Shown here: piece by piece, positions 32,677 to 43,074 of the stretch
Position numbering within the stretch: position 1 is the stretch's first letter
How the letters are laid out: each line of letters opens with the position of its first letter
Notes under the pieces: generated by a model
What the model saw: only the letters and a program-made list of their open reading frames with translations
What the model was told of the DNA's origin: nothing
The model's database searches: none
Made by a program: the position numbers and the translations under genes
Assembly: GCA_043812495.1 (NCBI GenBank)
Contig: JBDRMG010000010.1
Location: 1 to 53,844, forward strand
Direction of reading: 5' to 3'
DNA length: 53,844 bases
From: Candidatus Omnitrophota bacterium
GTDB taxonomy: Bacteria > Omnitrophota > Gorgyraeia > Zapsychrales > JBDRMG01

Positions 32677-32950
32677 GCCAAGATAGCTCAGGTAGTAGAG
32701 CGCGGGACTGAAAATCCCGGCGTCCCCAGTCCTTCGATGCGATTCGGCATGATGGCGATTAACAAAGAAATTTTCCGCCGAGGTAGCTCAGGTAGTAGAG
32801 CGCGGGACTGAAAATCCCGGCGTCCCCAGTGCAAGTCTGGGCCTCGGCACATGTTATTCAACAAAAGCCATCATGCCGAATCTTACTCAGGATGGTGAGC
32901 GACCCCGCCAAAGGCGGGGGAGTCGAACCATGCAAGTCTGGGTCTTGGCA
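32677..32950 (+). pseudogene. Outer tRNA-Phe(GAA) interrupted in the T-loop by a 201-nt insert (pseudogene or spliced tRNA)
   Basis: 32677-32730 (54 nt) plus 32932-32950 (19 nt) rebuild a 73-nt cloverleaf with its own acceptor stem GCCAAGA/TCTTGGC. Confidence 0.8.
32777..32849 (+). tRNA. tRNA-Phe(GAA), intact, nested inside the interrupted copy; CCA not encoded
   Basis: Acceptor GCCGAGG/CCTCGGC, anticodon loop CTGAAAA, T arm CCCAG-TGCAAGT-CTGGG. Confidence 0.93.
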
Positions 32951-33072
32951 TTCTTCTTCGCCAAAGTGTTTTCGCCTTTGGCTTCGAAGGAATGCCACGC
33001 CGATTTTTGTCGGAACACTTTTTTGACAAAAATCGGCAGGGCACTTTTCTTTTGGTAAAGGGAGGCCTGTCT

Positions 33073-33270
33073 ATGCTTAAGACAATTGTTGTGATCTGTG
33101 CGGTCATTGTTTTTTCCATTTGCCTTTATTCTTTTCTACTCGGTAACGGCGTCTTTAAAGGCGATTTCGATAACGAAGCCCTGAGCTGGTATTTTCTAGC
33201 CAAGGGCATTTTTTGTGGGTTGTCCTTGTATCTGTCGTATCTGATCATTGAGTCGCTGAAGAAGAGGTAG
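33073..33270 (+). CDS. 65-aa small membrane protein
   Basis: GGAGG RBS; two hydrophobic segments; WYFLAKGIF. Confidence 0.65.
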   Translation: MLKTIVVICAVIVFSICLYSFLLGNGVFKGDFDNEALSWYFLAKGIFCGLSLYLSYLIIESLKKR

Positions 33271-33406
33271 GGAAGAAAAATTTGCCGTTCCGGCTTCGCT
33301 TCGAATAATTAGAAATGCCGATCCGGCTTCCCTTCAAAACTTTCGTTTGGAAGCTTCGCCGGATTCGGCACTTGATTTTTCTAAATAAATATTGTTGAAA
33401 TCAAGT

Positions 33407-33479
33407 GCCGACGTAGCTCAGTTGGTAGAGCAACGGTTTCGTAAATCGTGGGTCGGAGGTTCAACTCCTCTCGTCGGCT
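33407..33479 (+). tRNA. tRNA-Thr(CGT); CCA not encoded
   Basis: Acceptor GCCGACG/CGTCGGC, anticodon loop TTCGTAA, T loop TTCAACT. Confidence 0.95.
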
Positions 33480-33530
33480 TAAGATGTGTAATTTAAAACC
33501 CAGCCACAGTTTAAAAGTTCTTTTTAAAAG

Positions 33531-33650
33531 GAAATAGTAAAATTTTAATTTGGTGTTCCCCGAGTCCGCCACAAACTTTGGCGGACTCGGGGTCAATTCG
33601 CGCATATGATTTATACTCCCTATCGTTCGTATAAATCATGCGCTCATTGA
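33531..33650 (+). repeat. Modular double-hairpin element, copy 7
   Basis: Hairpin A nearly identical to copy 3; GGTCAATTCG-CGCAT..ATGCG-CTCATTGA directly before the MFS ATG. Confidence 0.85.
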
Positions 33651-33651
33651 A

Positions 33652-34929
33652 ATGAAGAGACTCAAGGAAAGCTTTAAAAACAGAAACTTCTTTTGCCTCT
33701 GGCTGGCGCAGATCATCAGTCAGTTCGGCGACCGCATCAATCAAATGGCATTGATTGGGCTGGTGGCTGAGCGCGGCTTGAATTCCACCTTTGATCTGGC
33801 CAAACTTCTGTCCTTCAGCATCATTCCCGTCTTTATCGTCGGGCCCATCGCGGGGGTTTACGTCGACCGTTGGGACCGGCGCGTAACGCTTTTTGTCTGC
33901 GATTTCCTGCGCGGCTTTCTGGTCTTATCGATCCCCTTCTTGTTTATTTACCGCGAATCCATGATTCCCATTTACGTGATTGTTTTTTTGGTGTTTTCCT
34001 TAAGCCGTTTCTATGTACCGGCCAAGATGTCGATTATTCCGGAATTGGTCCCACAAACGGATCTCTTGATGGCCAATTCGCTTGTCAGCACAACCGGTAT
34101 GATCGCCTTTGTGCTGGGATGTTTATTCGGAGGGTTGATTGTCGAAAATTTAGGTTCGGCCGGCGGGTTTTTCTGGGATGCCGTGACCTTCTTTGCCTCA
34201 GGAGTCCTGGTTTTATCCATCAGCTTGGAAATTAAAAAGAGTTTTAAAACACGAGAGCTCATCCGAGCCGGTTTAAAGACATCTAAAGAAATGATCGATG
34301 TTATTCATAAATCCGTGATGAGCGAAATCAAAGAAGGCGTCAGCTACTTAGTGAACCACAAGGATATCCGATTTATCATCAGTATATTGTTTATCCTTTT
34401 TTCGGCAGCCGGCGCGGTGTATGTGGTCATCATCGTCTTCATTCAAAAGGCTTTTAGCACGATCACGCGGGATTTGGGATTTCTCGCGGTCTTTTTGGGC
34501 CTGGGGCTTTTTGCGGGCGCGATTCTCTACGGCCGTTTCGGAAGGAAATTCTCGCGCATTAAAACCATGTTTTTCTGCCTTATCTTAGGGGGTCTCATTC
34601 TGATGACCTTTGCCTCGTTTGTTGAATATGTCCATAATTTTGCTTTGGCCGCGCTGTTGGCCTCAATTCTCGGATTTGTCGTCGGGCCCATCATGATCGC
34701 CACCAACACCGTTGTGCATGAAGTAGCCGATGAAAGAATGCTCGGCAAGGTCTTCAGTTCCCTTGAAATCGTGATTCACTTTGCGTTTCTTGTCAGCATG
34801 CTCTTAAGTTCCTTCTTGGCCGAACGCATAGGACATTTTGTGATTTTGATGTCTGTTGGTGTAATATTTGCATTTGTGGGTCTGGGCGGACTTTTGACTT
34901 ACAAAAAACAGATTGTCTTTAAAATTTGA
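33652..34929 (+). CDS. MFS transporter
   Basis: About 12 TM segments; LWLAQIISQFGD and GVYVDRWDRR (motif A). Confidence 0.93.
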   Translation: MKRLKESFKNRNFFCLWLAQIISQFGDRINQMALIGLVAERGLNSTFDLAKLLSFSIIPVFIVGPIAGVYVDRWDRRVTLFVCDFLRGFLVLSIPFLFIYRESMIPIYVIVFLVFSLSRFYVPAKMSIIPELVPQTDLLMANSLVSTTGMIAFVLGCLFGGLIVENLGSAGGFFWDAVTFFASGVLVLSISLEIKKSFKTRELIRAGLKTSKEMIDVIHKSVMSEIKEGVSYLVNHKDIRFIISILFILFSAAGAVYVVIIVFIQKAFSTITRDLGFLAVFLGLGLFAGAILYGRFGRKFSRIKTMFFCLILGGLILMTFASFVEYVHNFALAALLASILGFVVGPIMIATNTVVHEVADERMLGKVFSSLEIVIHFAFLVSMLLSSFLAERIGHFVILMSVGVIFAFVGLGGLLTYKKQIVFKI

Positions 34930-35050
34930 AATAGTATTTTTGTATTTGCTTAATCCCCGCCTACCATTGAATCAATGGCGGGGTTAATTCGGCTAACAAC
35001 TTATGTCGTCCCGCCTTTGGCGGGACATCCATAAGTTGGAGCCTCATTAA
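34928..35050 (+). repeat. Modular double-hairpin element, copy 8
   Basis: GAAATA-N9-TATTTG overlapping the MFS stop; GGTTAATTCG..CAACTTATG..CATAAGTTG..CTCATTAA then AAGGA. Confidence 0.9.
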
Positions 35051-35063
35051 AAGGAAAAACTCT

Positions 35064-35669
35064 ATGATGACCTTTGCCTGTTTGGTTTCTGGCCGCGGCA
35101 CAAACCTGCAAACCATCCTGAACGTCATCAAAAAAGGAAAACTAAAAACCCGTTGCGCTGTTGTCTTAAGCGACAATGAAAAGGCCTTGGCCTTGAAACG
35201 CGCCGTCAAAGCCGGCGTCAAGGCCGTGTACATCAACCCAAAAGATTTCCGCACGCGCGCGCTTTTTGATCGCGCGATTTTAGATTACCTGAAAGCCGAA
35301 AGGGTCGATTTTGTCGTCCTGGCCGGATTCATGCGCGTTTTAAGCCCCGCTTTTGTGCGGGCCTATCGGAATAAAATCCTCAATATTCATCCTGCGCTTT
35401 TACCCAATTTCCGCGGAGCCCACGCCATTCGGGATGCCTTTAAAAGTGGCGTCGATACAACCGGCGTCACGGTTCATTTTGTGGATGAAAAAGTGGATCA
35501 CGGCCCAATCATTCTGCAAGAAAAAGTCAAAATCAGCCCAAAAGACACCCTCGCCTCGCTCGAAGCAAAGATTCACAAAGTTGAGCACAAGCTCTATCCT
35601 AAGGCCATTGATCTTTTTGTTAAGAAAAAGCTGAAGATTGCCGGCCGCAAAGTCAGAATTAAAAAATAA
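35064..35669 (+). CDS. purN: Phosphoribosylglycinamide formyltransferase
   Basis: SGRGTNL, LAGFMR, NIHPALLP, GVTVHFVD..VDHGPII. Confidence 0.97.
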   Translation: MMTFACLVSGRGTNLQTILNVIKKGKLKTRCAVVLSDNEKALALKRAVKAGVKAVYINPKDFRTRALFDRAILDYLKAERVDFVVLAGFMRVLSPAFVRAYRNKILNIHPALLPNFRGAHAIRDAFKSGVDTTGVTVHFVDEKVDHGPIILQEKVKISPKDTLASLEAKIHKVEHKLYPKAIDLFVKKKLKIAGRKVRIKK

Positions 35670-35690
35670 TTGAATTATTTAAAGAACATT

Positions 35691-35908
35691 AAACGCAGAT
35701 CTACGCAGATCAAACGCGGATTTACGCAGATATCTGCTAAGGATATCAGGGGATCGGGTGATCGGGGACTAGGTGATTGGGAAATAGGGAGATCAGGGAC
35801 GTTATCATTTAAAAGTCCCCAATATCCGAATACCCAATTTCCTAGTACCGGATTTCCAGATCGCCTGATTACCCGCATTGATAATTATCTGCGTCAATCT
35901 GCGTTTAA
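35691..35908. repeat. AAACGCAGAT/ATCTGCGTTT inverted arrays with a nested octamer inverted array
   Basis: Outer arms as at 25100; inner arms GGATCGGG-like 8-mers (about 35748-35810) versus ACCCAATT-like 8-mers (about 35815-35875). Confidence 0.8.
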
Positions 35909-35925
35909 ATTTTGAATTTAACTGA

Positions 35926-36795
35926 TTACTGCTGGAAAGATTTTAGCTGAAGAGGTCCGACGCTTGCCTTTTGATGGCTGCGCAAATCATGCAGAGTCAC
36001 GTCCTTAAGTTGCGAAAAATCGTAATATTTAACAACGCTCGCAACAATGGTGAGGATTTCTTTTTGCGTATCCGCACTCGGCGTAAAATCGCTTTGTGTG
36101 TATTTGAAATTGATGCGTGCCGTGATTTGCTCGGCGAGAAATGCGCCTAAGGAAAGCGGAACGCACCCGATCGTCTCGCCTTTTGTGTCATTGACCAAGC
36201 GCTTTTCGCCTGCGGAATCCGTCAAAATCCGCTGCGTGTATTCTTCCTGCGGAAGAGAGTTCACCTGGTAACGCTTAAGATCATCAAAATAAAATGTGTG
36301 CGTAACCGCTATACCTTCGCGGATATCGGCAATGGTCAATTTGAAAAATTCCGGGGGAACGGGCACATCCAAATAAATGCGCGAAACAGCGCTAAATAAA
36401 TTCCGGTACGCGCTGTTGTAGTTTTCCGTGTAGGCGCTCGTTAAACCGTTACCTTCGGGTTGCTTTGTCATCGGGATAATATCGTATTCGATTTTAAAAG
36501 CGCCATCGGCATAATCGTTTGTGAGGTATTGCACCGAAAACGGTCGGCCGGCCGCATTCTTCTCGACTGTTTTGTATTCAAACAAATTTTCTTTTAAAGG
36601 AAGATAGACCGAAAGCGTACGTTTGCACAACCGCACCACGACATCATAATGAAATTCTTTTTTGGCTAACGCCTTAAGGCGCGTTTCGTTGTCGCCCGTT
36701 TCTTGAGAATTGAGATTCTGGCAGCCCGGGCGTCCCGCCAGGACCAGGGTGATCAAAAAAAAGATAAGCACATGAGGTTTTGTCATGAACCGCAT
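35926..36795 (-). CDS. Hypothetical exported protein, translationally coupled to the tandem-AAA protease
   Basis: 289-aa ORF with hydrophobic N-terminus; start overlaps upstream stop (TGATG). Confidence 0.75.
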   Translation of the reverse strand: MRFMTKPHVLIFFLITLVLAGRPGCQNLNSQETGDNETRLKALAKKEFHYDVVVRLCKRTLSVYLPLKENLFEYKTVEKNAAGRPFSVQYLTNDYADGAFKIEYDIIPMTKQPEGNGLTSAYTENYNSAYRNLFSAVSRIYLDVPVPPEFFKLTIADIREGIAVTHTFYFDDLKRYQVNSLPQEEYTQRILTDSAGEKRLVNDTKGETIGCVPLSLGAFLAEQITARINFKYTQSDFTPSADTQKEILTIVASVVKYYDFSQLKDVTLHDLRSHQKASVGPLQLKSFQQ

Positions 36796-39296
36796 CAGGA
36801 TATCTGAGGCCTTGAGGCAGGCTGCAGGCCGAACTGATCAAAGATGGCCTTGATCTCTTCGTATTCGAGCTCGCCTTTTTTAATCAGCTCCTTGGCAAAG
36901 TGCTCAAACAAATCATTATGTTTGCGCAAGATAGACTCGACTTCTTGGATGCAGTCACTCAGGATCGCCTGAACGTCCTCATCGAGCTTTTCTTTGGTCT
37001 TTTCCGAGACGCTATAGTCGCCGTTATAATTTCTTAAGGCTCCGAAATCACCCACCAATTGAGTTTTACCCATGCCTAAGTTCCAGACCATCGCATGCGC
37101 AGCTGTCATTGCCTGGCCAAAATCCGATCCCGCGCCTCCGCCGACACCGGATGTGGTGTATCCGAATTTCAGTTTCTCGGCGACATAAGCAGCGACGCAA
37201 AATTTAATATTCGCGAGTAATTCTTCTTTTGTTTTGGAGTGCGTTTCTTCGCGGGGCTGGAGGGAAACCATGCCAAGTGAGCCTTTGCGGGGAATGATGG
37301 TGGCCTTGATGATATCGTCGCTGGGATGCAAAAGATACCCGATGATGGCATGGCCGGCTTCATGGTAGGCTGTTTCTATTTTTTCTTTTTCGGTCAGAAG
37401 AATATTGGATTTATCTCCGTACTGAATGCGATCGTACGCATTCGATAAATCTTTGAAACAGATCGTATCGCGTTTTTCCCGCATGGCAAAAATACCCGCC
37501 TCGCGCACCATGCTGTCGATTTGGGAGGGCGAAAAATACGGAGTCTTTTGGGCCAGCAGCTTAGGGTTGCAGGAGACATCGGCCTTTACTCTTGAGAGAT
37601 AAAAACCAAAAAGATCTTCGCGTTCTTTGAGATTAGGAAGCGTGATATAAATTTTGCGGTCAAACCGCCCCGGGCGCATCACAGCCGGATCCAGCATGTT
37701 TTCGGAAACATTGGTCGCCGCAAAAACAACGATGTTGTTTTCGGCCTGGCGCAGTCCGTCGAGTTCGGTCAAAAACTGATTGATGGCCGCGTTCATGCTT
37801 GAAGTCGCGCCGAAACCGCGATCGGTTGTCCGGGGAAAAGCAAACGCATCGATTTCGTCGATAAAAATAATGCAACCGCCTTCGGCCCTGGCCAATTTGC
37901 GGCCCTCTTTAAACGTTTCCTCGACCATCCGGGCGCCTTCTCCGACCCACATGCGCACAAAGTCGCTTCCGGTGCGCGAAATAAAAGGAAAACCGGATTC
38001 CGTCGCCATGGCCTTGGCCAGATACGTCTTGCCGCAGCCCGGCGGTCCCAGCATAATGACGCCCTTGACGATCTTGCCGCCCACGGCTTTTAATTTATTG
38101 CGGTCTCTTAACAGTTCGACAATTTCCCAGGCCTCTTTCTTGGCGGATTCCATGCCGATGACGTCATTCCATTTGACATTAACTTTTTCGGTAAGGATTT
38201 TATCGCCGCCCATTTTCTCGAGTGAAATCATAATGCGCGTAAGGGCCTCCTTAAGATCGTCACGATTGATGGTGCTGCGGCTCTGACGCGAGGCGATCAC
38301 CACGGCTTCGCGCACCATGTTGTGGATATCCGAAGGGGAAAACCATTTGGCTTTTTCGGCAAAGAATGCGACGTCGATAGAAGCTTCCGCGCTGACCTTG
38401 CTCAGGTAATATTTGATTATTTTGGCCCGCTCGATCGCGTTGGGTTTTTCGACCCGGATCTTCCGATCGAACCGTCCCGAACGCATGATCGCCGCATCCA
38501 GTTCATCTTCATTGACATTGGTGGCAGCGATGATCACGATATTGTTTTCACTTTTGCGGAGGCCGTCTAATTCGGTGAGGAATTGATTGATCGTGGCGCT
38601 ATGACTGATATCGCCGGCTTGGGCCGGAAGCCCTGTTTTGGTCCGCTCATCCCTTGGGCGGGCAAAGGCATCAATTTCATCAATAAAGATGATGCAGCCG
38701 CCGTGGATTTTAGCCAATTCTCTCCCTTGCTTAAAGAGCGACTTCATACGGGCCGCGCCCTGTCCCATAAACATAGCCACAAACTCGCTTCCCGACGTTG
38801 AGATCATGGGTAGTTTGCATTCGGTGGCCATGGCCTTGGCGAGATACGTCTTTCCGCATCCCGGCGGGCCGATCAGGAGCGTTCCCTTGATGATATTGCC
38901 GCCTACGGCTTTTTGAAACGCGTGGTCGCGAAGCAGTTTAACAACCTCTAGAGCATCTTTTTTGGCCTCATCCAGGCCGATCACATCATCGAGGGAGACG
39001 CCGGTGCCTTCCTTATCCACGCGGTTGACTTTGGTCGACCCGATGCCGCCGCCTTGGTAAAAATACCAAGAGATAAGAAAGAAAAACGGTAAAACGAGTA
39101 ACTGCGCAAAAACAAACATCGGAAATGTCATGGCATGATAGCCCGCGGCCTGTCTCTTGGAAAAGGTCTCAAGCTGCATAAAACTTGTGGCGACATATTT
39201 TATATAAGTACCTATCCCTATGAGGATTAAGACAAGAACCGATATCAAAAGGACCTTGAGCCAATTGATCTTAAGCCAAATGATAAATTTTTGCAT
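36795..39296 (-). CDS. FtsH-like M41 metalloprotease with two tandem AAA+ domains
   Basis: Two TM segments; twice GPPGCGKT / IIFIDEID / R.GRFDR; HEAGH zinc motif. Confidence 0.92.
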   Translation of the reverse strand: MQKFIIWLKINWLKVLLISVLVLILIGIGTYIKYVATSFMQLETFSKRQAAGYHAMTFPMFVFAQLLVLPFFFLISWYFYQGGGIGSTKVNRVDKEGTGVSLDDVIGLDEAKKDALEVVKLLRDHAFQKAVGGNIIKGTLLIGPPGCGKTYLAKAMATECKLPMISTSGSEFVAMFMGQGAARMKSLFKQGRELAKIHGGCIIFIDEIDAFARPRDERTKTGLPAQAGDISHSATINQFLTELDGLRKSENNIVIIAATNVNEDELDAAIMRSGRFDRKIRVEKPNAIERAKIIKYYLSKVSAEASIDVAFFAEKAKWFSPSDIHNMVREAVVIASRQSRSTINRDDLKEALTRIMISLEKMGGDKILTEKVNVKWNDVIGMESAKKEAWEIVELLRDRNKLKAVGGKIVKGVIMLGPPGCGKTYLAKAMATESGFPFISRTGSDFVRMWVGEGARMVEETFKEGRKLARAEGGCIIFIDEIDAFAFPRTTDRGFGATSSMNAAINQFLTELDGLRQAENNIVVFAATNVSENMLDPAVMRPGRFDRKIYITLPNLKEREDLFGFYLSRVKADVSCNPKLLAQKTPYFSPSQIDSMVREAGIFAMREKRDTICFKDLSNAYDRIQYGDKSNILLTEKEKIETAYHEAGHAIIGYLLHPSDDIIKATIIPRKGSLGMVSLQPREETHSKTKEELLANIKFCVAAYVAEKLKFGYTTSGVGGGAGSDFGQAMTAAHAMVWNLGMGKTQLVGDFGALRNYNGDYSVSEKTKEKLDEDVQAILSDCIQEVESILRKHNDLFEHFAKELIKKGELEYEEIKAIFDQFGLQPASRPQIS

Positions 39297-39420
39297 TGGA
39301 GAATCCTTTCGCTGCTCTTAAAAACCGTTTAAAAGATTTTTTATTAAGTTACCATATATCTATTAATGTGTACACAAGAATCTCACAAAGGATAACCGCT
39401 GCGTCGGGATTGATTAGGTC

Positions 39421-39449
39421 TTGACTTTGCGGGCAATCTATGTTAATTT
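39421..39449 (+). promoter_or_regulatory. Putative sigma70 promoter of eno
   Basis: TTGACT-N17-TAATTT with TG extension. Confidence 0.55.
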
Positions 39450-39460
39450 GGGCAGTAATC

Positions 39461-39580
39461 TCGATGAGGTCCGCACTTATGCGACTTTAAAGGAGCATAA
39501 GCGCGAGACCGAATTGACCCCCGCACCAATTATGAAATAATTGGTGCGGGGGTACTAAACAAATACAGTAAAGAATTTTC
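39461..39580 (-). repeat. Modular double-hairpin element, copy 9 (in the eno leader)
   Basis: GATGAG..GCACTTATGC..GCATAAGCGC..CGAATTGA; hairpin A identical to copies 4 and 6; CAAATA-N9-ATTTTC. Confidence 0.9.
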
Positions 39581-39594
39581 TCCACCGAGCATAG

Positions 39595-40893
<1,299 letters not shown>

Positions 40894-40896
40894 GTA

Positions 40897-40972
40897 GTTT
40901 GCGAGTTAACGAGTGAGCGAGTTTACGAGTTTAGTCAAATTGATAATTCGACAACTCGACAACTCGACAACT
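40897..40972. repeat. Inverted octamer arrays (CGAGTTTA-like / CAACTCGA) between eno and ftsB
   Basis: About four CGAGT-containing units mirrored by ACAACTCG units. Confidence 0.75.
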
Positions 40973-40978
40973 GATAAA

Positions 40979-41251
40979 ATGCTTAAAAACGCTCTTTGGC
41001 TCTTTACCATTGCTGTTATTCTCTTAATCGTGTTTATCCCTTCGTATAGCCGGATGCAGGATTTAAGACAGAAAAACAGCGACTACGAGGCTCAAATCGA
41101 GAAGCTTAAAGGAGATGTTGTCAAGTTAAGCGAAGAGAAAGAACGGCTTGAGAACGATCCGGTGTATTTGGAAAAGGTCGGTCGTGAGAAGATGGGCATT
41201 GGCCGGGAAGGCGAAGTGATTTATAAGATGGTGCCCGCCGACGAAGAATAG
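40979..41251 (+). CDS. ftsB: Septum formation initiator FtsB/DivIC family
   Basis: TM plus coiled coil, DPVYLEKVGREKMG..GE; eno-ftsB synteny. Confidence 0.88.
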   Translation: MLKNALWLFTIAVILLIVFIPSYSRMQDLRQKNSDYEAQIEKLKGDVVKLSEEKERLENDPVYLEKVGREKMGIGREGEVIYKMVPADEE

Positions 41252-41394
41252 CGATTAGCGGTTAGGGCATAGTTGTTCTTTTCGAGATAAATTTATTTCT
41301 GTAGGAAGCATTGCTGAGGATTGCCCGTCAATCCCGCCTTAAGGCGGGATTGACGAGGCACCCCGCGGTAGCTGCTTCCTGCGGAAGCAGCTAC

Positions 41395-41471
41395 CGTGGG
41401 GTGGAGCAGCCAGGAAGCTCGCCAGGCTCATAACCTGGAGGTCCTCAGTTCAAATCTGAGCCCCGCAACCA
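41395..41471 (+). tRNA. Initiator tRNA-fMet(CAT), CCA encoded
   Basis: C1:A72 mismatch, anticodon loop CTCATAA, T loop TTCAAAT. Confidence 0.95.
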
Positions 41472-41778
41472 AAATTAAGCCCCGCCTATAAGAAAATTGT
41501 AGGCGGGGTTAATTTTGGTTGCGTACTTTGACTTCCTTAGCTTTTAATGAGGAAAGTCAAAGTACCGCAATAGGCCCGAACTAGAGTGAGGGCCGTTAGA
41601 AATCGTTTCTTTAGGCCCCCGCCGTTGGCGGGGGCCTTTGTCGTGATTGGTTGCGCTTCTTTGCCTTCCACTATAAAGAAGAGGCAAAGAAGGCAATAGC
41701 CCCGAGTCAGAACGAGGGGCGTTAATTTCGCTTCCCAGACTTCCATTTAATAAAAAAGCCTGAGGAGTGTAGCTTTCC

Positions 41779-41830
41779 GGGCCGCCCGCCAATGATTCAT
41801 TGGCGGGCGGCCCGCTTTCTTCTTTTTTCT
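41779..41830 (+). terminator. CCGCCA(A/T)TGAWTCA(A/T)TGGCGG REP hairpin followed by a T-rich tract
   Basis: GGGCCGCCCGCCAATGATTCATTGGCGGGCGGCCC then GCTTTCTTCTTTTTT. Confidence 0.65.
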
Positions 41831-41864
41831 TTAAAAAATCCTTTTATTTTATGCTAAAATACTC

Positions 41865-42035
41865 TCAATGAGGCCGCAACTTACGGAAATCCAACTAAAG
41901 GCGTGATGACGTAAGTTGCTGGCCGAATTGACCCCGCACCTTTTTCTCATTCAAATATCTTAAGATGGTTCGGCTTTAAAACGTTTGAATAAATAAAAGG
42001 TGCGGGGAAGCAAAAAAACACAAATATAATATTTC
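41865..42035 (-). repeat. Modular double-hairpin element, copy 10
   Basis: TCAATGAG-GCCGCAACTTACG..CGTAAGTTGCTGGC-CGAATTGA-CCCCGCACC..GGTGCGGGG..TATTTC; directly before the ATG at 42040. Confidence 0.88.
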
Positions 42036-42039
42036 AACG

Positions 42040-43074
42040 ATGACTTCCCGAAAGAACAAAGCTTTAATCCTTTCCCAAAAGAACATATACTTGCGGCTCG
42101 TCGGCAATCTCAAAAAAGAAATCGAACAGGGTTTAGGCGCGATCGCGCGCTATGCCGAGGCGCGCAAGGTTCTGACCTACTGGAAGCTGGGCCGGCTGAT
42201 CAGGCGTTTCCTTACGAATAACAGTTCTTTTCGCAATCAGGATATTTATCTGAAACTCTCCGAAGACCTGCACGTCAACGAGCGCACGCTCCAGCAGTGC
42301 GTGCAGTTTGAGCGCGTGTACCCGAAGCTCGAGAGCAAACTCTCCCTGTCCTGGTCTCATTACCGGCATCTGATGACGCTCGAAAAAAAAGAACGGCAGG
42401 CGTGGCAAAAGCGCATCCTCAAAGAAAATCTTAACGCGGAACAGTTCATTATTCTTTTGCGCCAGGCCAAGGCCAAACCGCTTCTTTTGCCTTTAAACGC
42501 GTCCAAACAAAAAGTCAAACGCGGAACCCTCTACGCGTATCGCCTCATGAAAGTCGATTACGCGCTCGATAGCCCCGGCGGCCTCGTGGTGGACTGCGGT
42601 TTTGAAATCCGCATCCAGCCGCCGCCAGCCCATGGAAAGCTCGACAACAAAAGGATCGTCGAATCCGTCAAAGACAAAGACGGCCTCTATACGCTCAAGC
42701 TCAGCCATTGCCTGCTTGAAGATATCTTTACCTACAAAGCGCTCATCGAGCGTGTGGTGGACGGCGACACCCTCATCGTCAATATCGACGCAGGTTTCGG
42801 CATCTGGAAAAGAGAGCGCCTTCGCCTACGCGGCATTGACGCGCCCGAAGCGCGCACCATTGCCGGGGACAAGGCCAAGTACTGGCTTGAAAATGAGATT
42901 GCAGGCCTGCCTTTTGTCATCATCAAGACCTACAAGACAGACAAATACGACCGCTATCTGGTGGATGTCTTTTATGAGCCCCGGATGAGCGATCCTTCTC
43001 AAGTGGCTGAAACAGGGAGCTATTTGAACGGCCTGATGCTTAGCCGCGGCTTGGCCAAGGCCTGGGTATTGTGA
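42040..43074 (+). CDS. DUF1016(YhcG) N-terminal domain fused to a thermonuclease (SNase) domain
   Basis: LTYWKLGRLI and LSWSHYR.L (DUF1016_N); RVVDGDTL, RLRLRGIDAPE, DKYDRYL (SNase). Confidence 0.85.
   Translation: MTSRKNKALILSQKNIYLRLVGNLKKEIEQGLGAIARYAEARKVLTYWKLGRLIRRFLTNNSSFRNQDIYLKLSEDLHVNERTLQQCVQFERVYPKLESKLSLSWSHYRHLMTLEKKERQAWQKRILKENLNAEQFIILLRQAKAKPLLLPLNASKQKVKRGTLYAYRLMKVDYALDSPGGLVVDCGFEIRIQPPPAHGKLDNKRIVESVKDKDGLYTLKLSHCLLEDIFTYKALIERVVDGDTLIVNIDAGFGIWKRERLRLRGIDAPEARTIAGDKAKYWLENEIAGLPFVIIKTYKTDKYDRYLVDVFYEPRMSDPSQVAETGSYLNGLMLSRGLAKAWVL

Noticed and set aside
32873..32950. A third independent tRNA starting GCCGAATC
   Set aside because: No cloverleaf; the 5' part is the inverted-repeat arm and palindrome, and the 3' part belongs to the outer split tRNA-Phe.
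35670..35915. 81-aa ORF after purN
   Set aside because: Entirely made of the inverted oligomer arrays; translation of repeat DNA.
39461..39553. Modular element as a hammerhead ribozyme (..ATGAG-stem-CGAA-stem)
   Set aside because: The core needs CUGANGA and GAAA..UH; copies read YYAAUGAG (one UCGAUGAG) and CGAAUU, lack stem I, and occur in both orientations.
40913..40978. N-terminal extension of ftsB in the ORF track
   Set aside because: Encoded by the octamer repeat; ATG 40979 gives a normal-length FtsB.
41700..41750. Additional copy of the modular element (CCC..GGGCGTTAATTTCG..CCATTTAA)
   Set aside because: Too degenerate: no hairpin B and no dyad; not counted.
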